Shown here one piece after another: positions 25,301 through 37,300 of a stretch of DNA of 64,000 bases (position 1 is its first letter; each line of letters begins with the position of its first letter). A program made the translations under genes and the position numbers. The notes below the pieces were generated by a model. That model saw nothing but the letters and a program-made list of their open reading frames with translations, did not search any database and was not told the origin of the DNA. This stretch comes from Hypanus sabinus (taxonomy: Eukaryota): positions 84,692,001 to 84,756,000 of the forward strand of contig NC_082707.1 of NCBI RefSeq assembly GCF_030144855.1, in the 5' to 3' direction.

Positions 25301-28300
25301 TAGAATCTCTTAATAAATGAAATGAATGAAGCAACGTTTAGGGGACAGGGTGAGCAGTCACAATGGAGTAAAAGCCGACTGCAAACGTCAAGGAAACTCT
25401 GTTAACTGGATATTCACAGAGCAGTAAAAATAATGCAAAGCAGCGTGGCAAAAGACTAACCTGAAATAGATAGTCAGGTGATGGAAAGAGAGCAAGAATC
25501 AATATGGATGTGCTTAGTGATATAACAGAGTGGAGTGGGGAGTGATGTGTGTCCATCATGGATTCTTTGTGAAGGGCCATTCTGTTCCGTTCACCCAGCA
25601 AGCTGGTCTTACTATTTTAAGAACTTTATTGGTAGTCTTTCCCAGAATACAATTAGAAGTAATCTGCTTCTTAAAAGCATATGCCCTCATGATTACTGGC
25701 AACACAGATGCTCACACACTTCCCAGTGATATAGAAAAGTACCATGTGCTCACCAATTACCAGTAACTTGTGCAGCAAACTTCCTTTAAAATGTTGTGAA
25801 AGTGCTTTGGCCCAACAGTGGACATTTAAATAAATAAATAAAATGTTTTGCAAGTACAAAGAAATGAAAAAAGGTCTCAAAACGAACCACCCAGACACCA
25901 ACATTTTAATTGAAAATAAAACCCAAGTAGTGATCTTTACCTTCCAAGGTGAAATCTGGCAAAGCGTTACATTCTCCTGTAGCAGAACTTTTCTCAAGTG
26001 TTTACCAGGAAATACTGAATTACATATAGTGGGTAAATCTTCCTTCCTTCTTTAAAAGATGTTCAGTTTCCTCATGCTAATAGGATTGCTGACATAGAGG
26101 AGTTTGTGAAGGATAAAAAAGGCACAGTGTCTTTATTGGGATTGGGAGACCTAAGCAGAGCACTTTTCTCTACCACACACAATGGTTTCAGATATAATGC
26201 TGTTTTTATGACATTAGTCATCTTGAAAGTTTGATGAACATGACAATAGCATGTTACTGAGTGAAGTTGCTACACAGCAGATGGGAAGGTACGAGCAGAA
26301 AAGTTTTTTGATGAAACATTCCTGAGGATAATTTTACTCCATTTTGTCAGCGGTTCCTATTTTTATGTGGATCCCAAACATCAGAGAAGCTTAATATATA
26401 ACAAATCAAAATTTATTACAATTAACTACACTGGAACCCCACCTACATCAGTCTAAACACTATTACATGTTGTTTCCAGCTCAGTCTGTGAATCCACAGG
26501 AATCCCTGAATATTGCTATCTTAATCAATCTAGCCTGGAAAATTAAACCTTCATGGACCCCATTACACCAAGCACACTGGACAAAATATCACATTGCATA
26601 CTATACTCACGTGCTCCTGCTGTGATTGATACACTACAGTAGTGGTCACCAACCTTTTTAAGCCCAAGATCCCCTACCTCGGCCTTAGTAAAAGGCAAGA
26701 TTGACCCCACATCAATTAGTTACACGCATGCGCACAGGGGCAGAATAGACCGGAAGTGGAAATAATGTATAAACACCGGGGGTACCCATCCTTTTTTTGC
26801 ACCGCGGACCGGTTTAATATTGACAATATTCTTGCAGACCAGCTGACCCGGGGAGGGGTGTTAAACACGATGGGAATATAGCGATACTCAAAGCAGGCTC
26901 CTTATGTCCAGTGTATTCTACAATTTAACTTTCGCGGCTCTCGGCTTCTGTCCAGCTTTCTCACATTTTTTTCCGCTGAAAAAACTCAGCGGGTTTGTCT
27001 TTAAGTGCAGGGTGCTTGGACTCAGGGTACCGAAGCAGTTTTGAGACATTGCCTCATTAGACAGCCTCTGGGCCTGAACTCAGCCTCCTGCCTGCCCGCC
27101 ACCAGCCACCTTTGACAGGTGTGGCTGGTCGTGGGTGGGGTGAGAGGACAAGGCCAGGGCCGGAGGTCCCCATACCGGGGCCGCGTCAGTCACAGTCCGG
27201 AGTGAGCAGACGACTGAGCGGGGAGTGCGACAGAGTGCCTGCCCGCCCCCCTTGTTCGATCTATCGGCCGACAAAAGTTTGTTTCAGTAGATCACAGCAC
27301 GATAGTTGCTCTGCTACCTACGAAATGCTGTGCCTGAATTAGGTTGTCTGCGAATATTTTAGCACCGGGTTCCTCACGAACACTTGGTGTGGTAAACAGG
27401 TTCAGAGGCAGCGCTCCAGGCCAGTAGCAATGGCACTTCCCGTTGGCCGCCCGAGGTCAACCAGTGACCCCTGGCGCGAGGGTGTCACTGCGTTTCGGCG
27501 ACTGATGACCTTGCGTGGGTTCAAGTTCAACAGTGGCCGTGACAGGGAATGAGGAAAGGTGCAGCTGACTCGTATCATTTCCTCGCAATCCGGTGGTTGG
27601 GGACCACTGAATTACACTGTGCGGGGGAGCTACACGCGTGCACACTGGGAAGAAAGAACGGAACTAAAACCCTGCAATCCGGAAACAATCTCACAACAGC
27701 ATTTGTGTATTTACTTTTCTTTTCTTTTTTTGGGATCAACTGGGAAATTCTCAAAGATTGACTAGTCGATCGCAATCGACGGGTTGGCGACCACTACACT
27801 GGAGCATAGAAATAAGTGGAAGTGACACACTTATGTAATGCATTCATTATTTTAAAGGTACATCAACTAGTCACTGATTAAACTTGAGACCAAGTAACAC
27901 TTGCAAAACAAATTGTTTCTGAAAACACACAAGTTAGTCTAGATCAGCTATCATTTCTATTTCAGATAAAGGCCATCCTGTTTAAACCTGCTGAATTCAC
28001 CAATTCTGTTACATACATACACTTGTGTAAGGGTAAATCTTGGAGAGTTCACATGTTAGTTCTGCAGATAATACTGTTCACATATTGACTAATTATTTTT
28101 TCCTGTCAACCCCAACAACTGTAATTCATTTTTCCAGTGTAACAATGGTATTTTACACCAGTCACATTTGATTAATTAAACACTTTCTGGAGTGAGTTCC
28201 GAAGAAAATATACATTTGTCAGTTCTTCACAAGGAAGCTAAAGGACAGACTTATAGTGTATGCTCTAGTAATACATATCAAAATTATAATTCATGGTCAA

Positions 28301-31300
28301 CTACCTGCTCAGACGGCGTCGCATTGGCATCTGGTCAATGTCTCTCTGCTCTCGTTCCTCCCGCGTCATCCCTTTATAATTTGATGTCAGGCCAAAAATA
28401 GGTCTTGACCACTCATCTGGTAGAAAAGTGAACAACTACACAATTAGATTGCCAGAAAGTAAAAGCTCTTTGCTCAGTTTTCAGTGATCTTCAAAGTGAT
28501 GCTCGTTGAAAAAAAGCAGTGACACAGAGTAAGAACACTTCATGATTTAGTGTTAATTCAACCTGCCAATACTGGCAACTCAAAAGGCAGATGCTTGGAC
28601 CAATTACATGAGAGGATGAGCACGGGAATTGAGCAGCAGTGGAAACACCTTAGCAAAAACTACAGACATTTTCAGTGTGGGTTGAAAATAACCTTTGTAA
28701 ATAACATACAGGGTTCAACACTGTCAAATACATTAAACTATATAAAGATTTTCACTGACTATTCAATCCCAACAGAGCCAAGATGCAACTCTATCATTCA
28801 TTTATATACAAGCAGAGTCGATGTCTTCAAATAGGCCTTCCTGGATTACACAAATAGATCTCTCTGATCTCGGCACAACAAAATGGAGGAACCAGAACAA
28901 GGATCACACTGATGCAATATGAATAACTATTCAGACTCATCTTTAACAACAGCATAGGAAGATGACTAACTCATGTAATATATCCCAATAAATGTCGTAA
29001 ACAACAACAACAAAAAAGAAAACAAAGTAAGAATTAAGGCAAACATACTGATGAGCTTTCCAGCAAGTTCTTTGTTGCTTCTATTTTCCTTGGGATGTTT
29101 ATATAAGTACATCACACAACGTCCGATCCCACTATGCTTCAGAGTCTCCTGACTCACACTGGGCAACTGTACATAAAAACAGTCAGTTACTTTCAAAGAC
29201 ACTAAGGCAAGTTAAAGAGAGAACTCCGTTGAATTAAACCACAGAGTACTATATTCAGTTCTGGTTACCACAACCCTAGAAAAGATACAAGGGTGATCCA
29301 CTACAAAATTGAGGAAGTGATCAGGAAAGACTGACAAGGCTGTGATTATTTTCTTAACAACAGTCTGAGGTACTGAGACATACAGCACAGGTGAACCTAC
29401 AACCCTGAGTGTTTCACTGCTTGTGGGCAGGAATGGAACAGAGAAAATTTTCATGAATCCATCTTTTCATTTCTACAATGCAACAATTTCTAGAGATGCA
29501 ACTGACACAATAACCTCACAGTACTGATCTCCGATGAAAGCAGTGAAGACATGGTTTACCTGATGGTTTTTGTTAATGCTTGAACAAAGTGCACAGGCAC
29601 TTTCAGGCCATCCTTTACTTCTTGCCCTGCAAGTACCAACTCTTGTTCTGTATGGTAGCTCAACTATATGTCCATTCATCTGCCAGCCCAGTAAGACCAA
29701 AGTAAAATAGGTGTAACTGAATATAAATGCATCTTAAGGAGGGTTACTGGATTTCCTTAAATACAATTTAAACTTATCAGGTACCAGACATACTTTTTCC
29801 TGAAAGTTTTGGTAATTAAAGCAAAAATATAAATGAGCAGGGTATTGAAAGAATACAATATGTGCTGAATACTGTCTTGATAAGACTCCTACGACTACAG
29901 GTTTGGAAGAGCAAGGGATGAAAACCCTCCCTATGTGGAGAAAAAAAAGCTGTTGAAATACATATGTTAACACAAGCTGCTACAACCCTATGCTATCTTA
30001 GGGCTAGGCATGCCTGCTTACCTCCTGTAGTATCTTTAACAACTCCTCACGGATCTTGAGATGGGGCAAACTCTTGTCTGGCAAGGGTGTGAGCCATTCC
30101 TTTATAGCAGACATCACCCCACTATCAATAAAAGTGTCCTTCAAATCTTGCCTGCAAGAATTAATAGGACAGTCGGCATCAACAAAAAGAAACATTACCT
30201 GTTAGTCACGATTATTGTCAAATATTTACTTGAGCTCTTCTAGGCTGAGAACTTCTAACAATCTTTTAAACCTTCTGCTGTTTCAGTAACCCCTTATTCC
30301 ACATAACTTAGCTCCAGTAATACTCGTCTTTTATTAGTATTTTCTGTATCCTACAGGATTATAACAGAATGCATAATATCATGAAATTCTATGTGACCCA
30401 AGCTCCATCATGACCTTGGGTGTTGGCTGTGTGTAGTTTACATATTCATCCTATGACCAAGTGAGCTTTCTATACACTTGTCTCTTCTCCAACATGCCAA
30501 ATATAGTCTGGTTGCTAGGTTAACTGGCTACCCTAAAGTTCCCCTGTTAAAACTGGGTGACAGGTAAGTTAATGGGGGAGAAGGAGGAGGAATTGGTAGT
30601 GGTGCAAGAGGGAAAATGGCATTAGAGGAATGAGGTGTCTGATTATCAGTATGGATGTGGTAGCTGAAGAGCTTTGTTTCCTGCTGAATGAACTGTATTT
30701 TACAGTTAACACATGATCAATTGTTCTCTTTCACAATGTGCAAGCAACATTTAAAAGATGCTTCTTAAAAGCTTTTTATAACATTTTCTTCATGTCAAAA
30801 TATAAATTAGTTTGGCTAAGTACTGATGGATTCAGGATTCTGCAGCTTTCAGAAAATATGAGCATGTTAGACACAAACTTCTACAGTTTCTAAAAGGGGA
30901 TATGTGGCTTTGGTAAACTTATCTCTAACAAATTAAACTTAACAGATATAACAAAAAATTCTATTCAGAAAACTAATTCCAATTGATGGCAACCCCTGGC
31001 ATTGATTACATAATAGTTCTTTTAATGCCATGGGTTGCCCAAACATTAAGAACTTGTAAAATACAATTCACCTGTGAGAAGCATTTCACCTCAAAATGCT
31101 CTTTATTTGTTTTTCCTGAAAATACCAACACCATCCTCAAGTTCAACCCTGGTGTTGTTTGGTTTTACTCTGACCATTCAACTGAGCTATCACTTTAAAT
31201 AGGCAAGATTGTTAGAACTTTTGTGGGGTTAGGACATATAGCAAATAACTTCAGCAATTTATTTTGGCCCCTAGTCTTGAGATCTGAATATGAACTGTAG

Positions 31301-34300
31301 ATTAAAACTGAAATGCAGTTCTGAACAATTGGTTCCCAAGAACTGTAAACCACAGTTAATTGGAAGACTAGACAATGCGGATTTAAATTCAGTATTTGGA
31401 TGTCTGTAGTATGGATGTGAAGAGGGAGATGCAAAGATGTGTATTTGGATGTCTTCAGTGTGGGTATGAAGAGGAAGGTGTGAGGGTGGTGTATAGTTCA
31501 AAGGAAGCATTATAAATGTGGAATTGTCCTTTGATCTTCGGCATATAAAATGTCCTGTAGTGTTAGGTGAAGCAGACTTGCTGCTCCAAAAGGGTCTCTC
31601 TCTTTCATGACTCCAAAAGCCAGTCAGCTTATTTGTGTGTATCAACTAGTTTTCATATCTACCAACCTAGTCTCTCCAGTTCTCACGACAACAAGATCAC
31701 TGAGCACCTGTGGATTATGCATACATGCAAGATATCAGACTGCATTCATACTATCTGTACAGTTTGGCACTCATACCAGCGGATGCACCAGTAATGGGAA
31801 CCAACACAAGAAACACAGCACTGGAATTAGAAAGATGAACAGGGTTGAATCACTACTTACTTTTTCAAATGCATTACGACTGTGGGCAGTAGGGTCAGTT
31901 TCTTCAAAGCTGGCTTCTTTTGGCCATTGAGTTGTCTATCTTCCTGCCAAAAATAAAAGGGAACATAGCTGGGCTTAGAAAGATATCAGTGATTGCAAGC
32001 ACGTTATTGGGTTTTACAGTACTGAAACATGTCTTTTGGCCTATGAGGGCAATGCAGCCCATTATACCTAGCGATATTAATTCTGTCTTGGTAATTTAAG
32101 TACTTGTCTTGAGTGCTGGCCTCCATCACATAGAAATACAATGCAGAATCAAAGCCTGCTTTATGTGATAAAGTTCTCCCACAGGCCCCTCTCTATCTCC
32201 TACCTCTTACTATAAACCGTGTCCTCTTGTATTAGGCACTAAACCTGGGAAAAAATGTTTTCTTAAAAATTATCTGCTCCATCTATCCCTTTCATAATTT
32301 TATATACAGAACTGAAAAAAAGGTCTTGGGCGCATATAAAAAAAATTCTGTAAAGCAAAGATTATTTCAAAAATAATGAAATCAGAAGTTTCTAAATAAC
32401 CAAGTAATTACTATGAAGAGCAGTAGACAGTTAAACCCAAAACAAAATTTGGTGTGACCACCCTTTGTCTTTAAAACTGCACCAATTATCTTTGGTATGC
32501 TGTTGTGCAGTATTATAAGAAAATCTGCTGGTAAGTTGTTCCAAGCATCTTGGAGAGCTACCACAGTTCTTCTGCAGACTTTGGCCGTCTCACTTGCTTC
32601 TGTCTCTGTGGATAGCACTGGACAGCCTCAATGATGTTGAGATCAGGGCTCTGTGGAGGCTATACCATCTGTTGCAGAACACCTTGCTCTTTTTGCAGAA
32701 AGTAGTTCTTTATCACATTGACATTTGAGGTCATTGTCCTGCGGCAGAATGAAGTTGGGACTGATCGGCACAGCTCAATGAATGAGAATGTGCTTGTATA
32801 CTGTCGCCATTCAGGATTCCATTAATTCTGACCAGATCACCAACTCCATATGCAGAAATGCAGACTCAAACCTGCAGGGAGCCTCTGCAGTCCCTCACTG
32901 TTGGCTGCAGACACTCATCCATGTAGCACTCTCTAGCTCTTCTACGGACAAACTGCCTCCTGTTTGAGACAAAAATTTCAAATTTTGACTCATCAGTCCA
33001 GAGGATTTGTAGGTGAATCTCTGCATTTGTATCCAGTTTGAAGAAATGGCTTTTTGGCAGCAACTCTCCCATGAAGACCACATTTGACAGCTTCTCCAGA
33101 CTGTAGAGGGGTGTACTTGGTTTCCAGTGGTTTCTGTGAGTTCAGACTTGCAAATGATGCTGAGTTCCTGATTTAGAAGGGACATCACTTTGATGCACCT
33201 CTCATCTATTGCACAAAGTTTCTGTGGTCGACTTCTGTGTTTCACGTTTCCCATTTCTTTGTGCTGCTTCAGAAGAGCTTGGATAGCACAAATTGAAACT
33301 CCTGCCTGCTGCAAAATTTCTTCCTGGGAGAAATCTTGCCGATGCAAGATGACCAATTTGTGTCTTGTTGCTGTGCTTACCCTTGCCATAGTGTAAGAAT
33401 TGATGATAAACTCAATAAGCAAATGCTTTGAGAGGCTAGTTAAGGACAACATCTGCAGCAAGTGACCACCCACACTGGATCCCTTACAATTCACCTACCG
33501 ACGCAACCGACAGACAGATGATTCAATAGCCTCAGCTCTACAGTCTTTACACATCTGGAGAAGAAAGATGCTTATGAGAATGCTGTTCTTGGACTACAGT
33601 TCAGCATTCAACACCATAATTTCCTCCAGGCACGACAAGAAGTTCAGAGACCTTGGCCTTCATCCTCCCTTGTGCAGCTGGATCCTGGACTTCCTGTCAG
33701 ATCGCCAGCAGGTGGTAAAAGTGGGCTGGCTCCCTCACCTCTGCCCCTCAACACAGGTGCCCCCCAGGGCTGTGTCCCAAGCACCCTCCTTTACTCTCTG
33801 TATATCCTTGGCTGTGTTGCCACCCACAGGTCCAATCTGCTAATTAAATTTGTTGATGATATATTGATTGGCCTAATCTAAAAAAATAACAAGGCAGCCT
33901 ACAGAGAAGAAGTTATCACCCTGACACAGTGGTGTCAAAAAAACAACCTCTCCCTCAATGTTGCAAGAACAAAGGAGCTGGTTGTAGACTACATGAGGAA
34001 TGGAGACAGGCTAACCCCGATAGACATCAATGGATCTGGGGTTGAGAGCTTTAAATTCCATCACCGTGGATCTCATGTGGTCTGTACATACCGGCCGTGT
34101 GGTTAAAAAAGCATAACAACATCTCTTTCACCTCAGACAGTTGAAGAGTTTGGTATGGGCCCCCAAATCCTAAGAACTTTCTACAGAGGCACAATTGAGA
34201 GCATCTTGACTGGCTGCATTACTGCCTGGCATGGGAACTGTACTTCCCTCAATCGCAGGACTCTGCAGCCCAGTGAATCTGTAGATGTCAATTTCTCACT

Positions 34301-37300
34301 ATTCAGGATATTTACAATGACAGGTGTGTAAAAAGGGCACGGAGGATCATGGGGGATCCAAGTCACCCCCACCACAAACTGTTCTAGCTGCTACCATCCA
34401 GGAAACGGGTACTGCAGCATAAAAGCCAGGACCAGCAGGCTCCGGGACAGATTCTTCCACTAGGCCATCAGACTGATTAATTCATGCTGATACAATTGTA
34501 TTTTTGTTATAATGACAGTCCTGTTGTACATACTATTCACTACAAATGATTATAAATCGCAAATTGCATATTTAGACAGACGTAACGTAAATATTTTTAC
34601 TCATGTATGTGAAGGAAGTAATAAAGTCAATTCAATTCAAAGCTGTTACGTCTGCCACACCCTCACCTTGCAGTTTGGTTGACCTTCGCCCAGTTTGATT
34701 ACTTCTACACCCGTTTCTGTTTCAGTTAATCAGTTGAGTTTATTCAACTCATTATGTCATTGATTATTAGCACCCGTTAGTTATCTTTGTTTAATCATGC
34801 ACTGGGCAAAATGCCCTCAAAGTAATAAGCTTGTATTTGAAAAGTGATCGCTTATTTAACATGTTACTTTTTAATGAAATACAAAAGGTTCTCTGTAACA
34901 CTTCATTTTTTGGAAAATGAATGTTTGGTAATTTAAAATTTGCTTTTACTTTCTGAACCACTAATGCAGAAGGCAAAAAATAAACGTCTAAAACTAAATT
35001 TATATAAAAAAGTTAGGGTGCCACAAGCTTTTGCACAGTACTGTATTCCTCAGCTTCTTTCACTCTGGTTTATATTAAATTTTTATAGTACACTTGAAAA
35101 TTCTATACCCTGAAGTATTCAACTGCCAGTCATATACTTCTTTCATGTTTATATGCTAAGAATTAGGCAATTCCAAGCAAGGCAATACCTGGACTGAAAT
35201 TGCTGAAGTAAAATATCTACTATTCCCTTATGATTGTCATGGTTTCCAACCTGCTTCATTCTCTCCTCTAGGCTCCTTTCCTCTTCCTTTAAATGACAAA
35301 GAGAATCACAAACCTAGTAACCTAGCAAACCTAGTAATTCTGTCACTACGTCACACACTTCACTATCACGGAATTGCTACTGGCAAATGGTCTTTTAATG
35401 TAAACAGCAAATCCAGGAACACTAACAAAAAGTCCTGGAAGTTAATCTCTTTCAACAGATGCAGCTAGACCTACTGAATGCTTACAACATTTTCTGTATT
35501 AAAAAAAAATTCCAGCATTTTCAATTATTTTTACTTTGGCAATACAAAATGTTTGAGCATTAGATTTTGCAATATATTCCACTCACTCTTCTTTGCTTTT
35601 TTGGTGATTACTCCCATTTGACCTGGTTATCTACAAGCTAATGATCTGCTCAAAACTATGCATACCAATCAGCTACCTGGCTGACATGGAATATATTACA
35701 AAATCTAAAATGCAAATCTTCTGAAAGAACAGGGAACAGGGTGATACTGATACTGTTAATCCCAAACAAACGAGCTACATTTTTTTTGTCCCTAGAGTGC
35801 AGTGCCTATTATTCAAAATCCAAAACAGAGATAGAAGACACAAGAAATTTAGAAGGGGAATAAATTGGACTATTTTGGCTGGACAATTCAATGAGCTGAA
35901 TAGATTCATCTTACAACTAAGATTTCACATTTTAATGTTCCCAGGTGGATACTCCTACTTTATAACTTTTTGTTTAATAATTTTAAACCAATTGCATTAC
36001 ACTCCCCAAACTAATATTTTCAAAATGTACGTTAGTGTTGGACTGGAGGTTGTCATAGTTGTCATAAGCTCCCACTACCTATTAAATGTTCCCTATCTTG
36101 TACATCTCAAATAGCTTCTGATAACCAAGTCCAGCTCTTGGCCACATGTGGCTTCTACTAGGTCCACCTGAAACATCTCTTCTGACAGGAGCAAGGGCAA
36201 AGGTGGGTTACTGGTGCTGTAAAGACAGTCGCTTCAGGCAGATGGGGCTCGTCAACTGTGTTGGCAGCTCATGCAGGAGAAGAAAAACTCCAATCTCAAA
36301 CCTGCAATACCCAGTGATGAAAAAGGTTTCATGAGTAAAAGCCAAGGAAAAATTCAGAGCTGGAGTCCCTAAGGCAGTACAATGTTAAGTTCAATGCTGA
36401 CGGACACCCGCGATGCCGCAAGTGCAAAACTGTATCGGTCTCTACCATCTCTTTGGGTTCAGCAGCTGCAAGAAGAGAAGCAGCCTGCTTCATGGTCAAC
36501 AGCTTGCTCTCTACATCCTACTGCCCTGGCTTGCATAGATGGCTAGGACATAATATCCACAGTTGACCCTGACCAACGGAGGGCCTCAAATTGGATTTAG
36601 TCACAATGCACTTCATTTCCAATTACTGCAAACATATCATTAAGCTTTCTAATTGAAAGTGTTCTACTTTAAAGGGCAAGAGGCATACTTATTGCCAAAT
36701 GGCAAGAATTTAGTTATAGGGAAATTTGTTAGGTTGTTAGCAAGGCCACATGGAGTGCTGCGCATATTTTTGGTTCCTCTCATAGTAGCATTGGAGGCAA
36801 TCCAAAAGACATTCACCAGGCTAATTCCTGAGATGACAGGATTGCCCTAAGTGGAAAGGCTAAATAAGATAAATTACTTGTTCAGAAGGATGAGGGATGA
36901 TCTTATTGAAACGTGCTAAGGGGCATTACAGATTAAATGTAGAAAAGTTTTCATTGGTAGAAGAGCTTCAAACGAGGGGACACAAGTAGTTTCAAGATAA
37001 GGGGTTGGTCACAATAAAAAGAATTACATGGAAATTTCTTCTCGTAGAGGGTAGTGAATCTTTTAAATTCCCGATACCTTGGTGTGTGGAGGCTAGTTAA
37101 TTAGCAGTATTTAACATGAAGGGAGATAGAAGACCATGGGATTGAGAGCTATGGGGATGTGACATAGAGGAGGAGTTGAGGTCTTGGGTAATTTGTGATT
37201 ATTTTATTGACTGGCAGGACAGGCAGCCTACTCCTGCTCCTAGTTTATTGTTGTCTTTGAGCAATTCCCCAATCCCCATCTTGCCTTGCGAGCAGTTGAC

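Noticed and set aside
31392-31490. Degenerate ~50-bp tandem duplication producing ORFs 31195..31434 and 31271..31645
   Set aside because: Two-copy intronic duplication with no splice or coding support.
36040-36590. Possible RTE-related or unclassified interspersed repeat
   Set aside because: Looks repeat-like but shows no ORF, TIR, TSD or second copy in the window.
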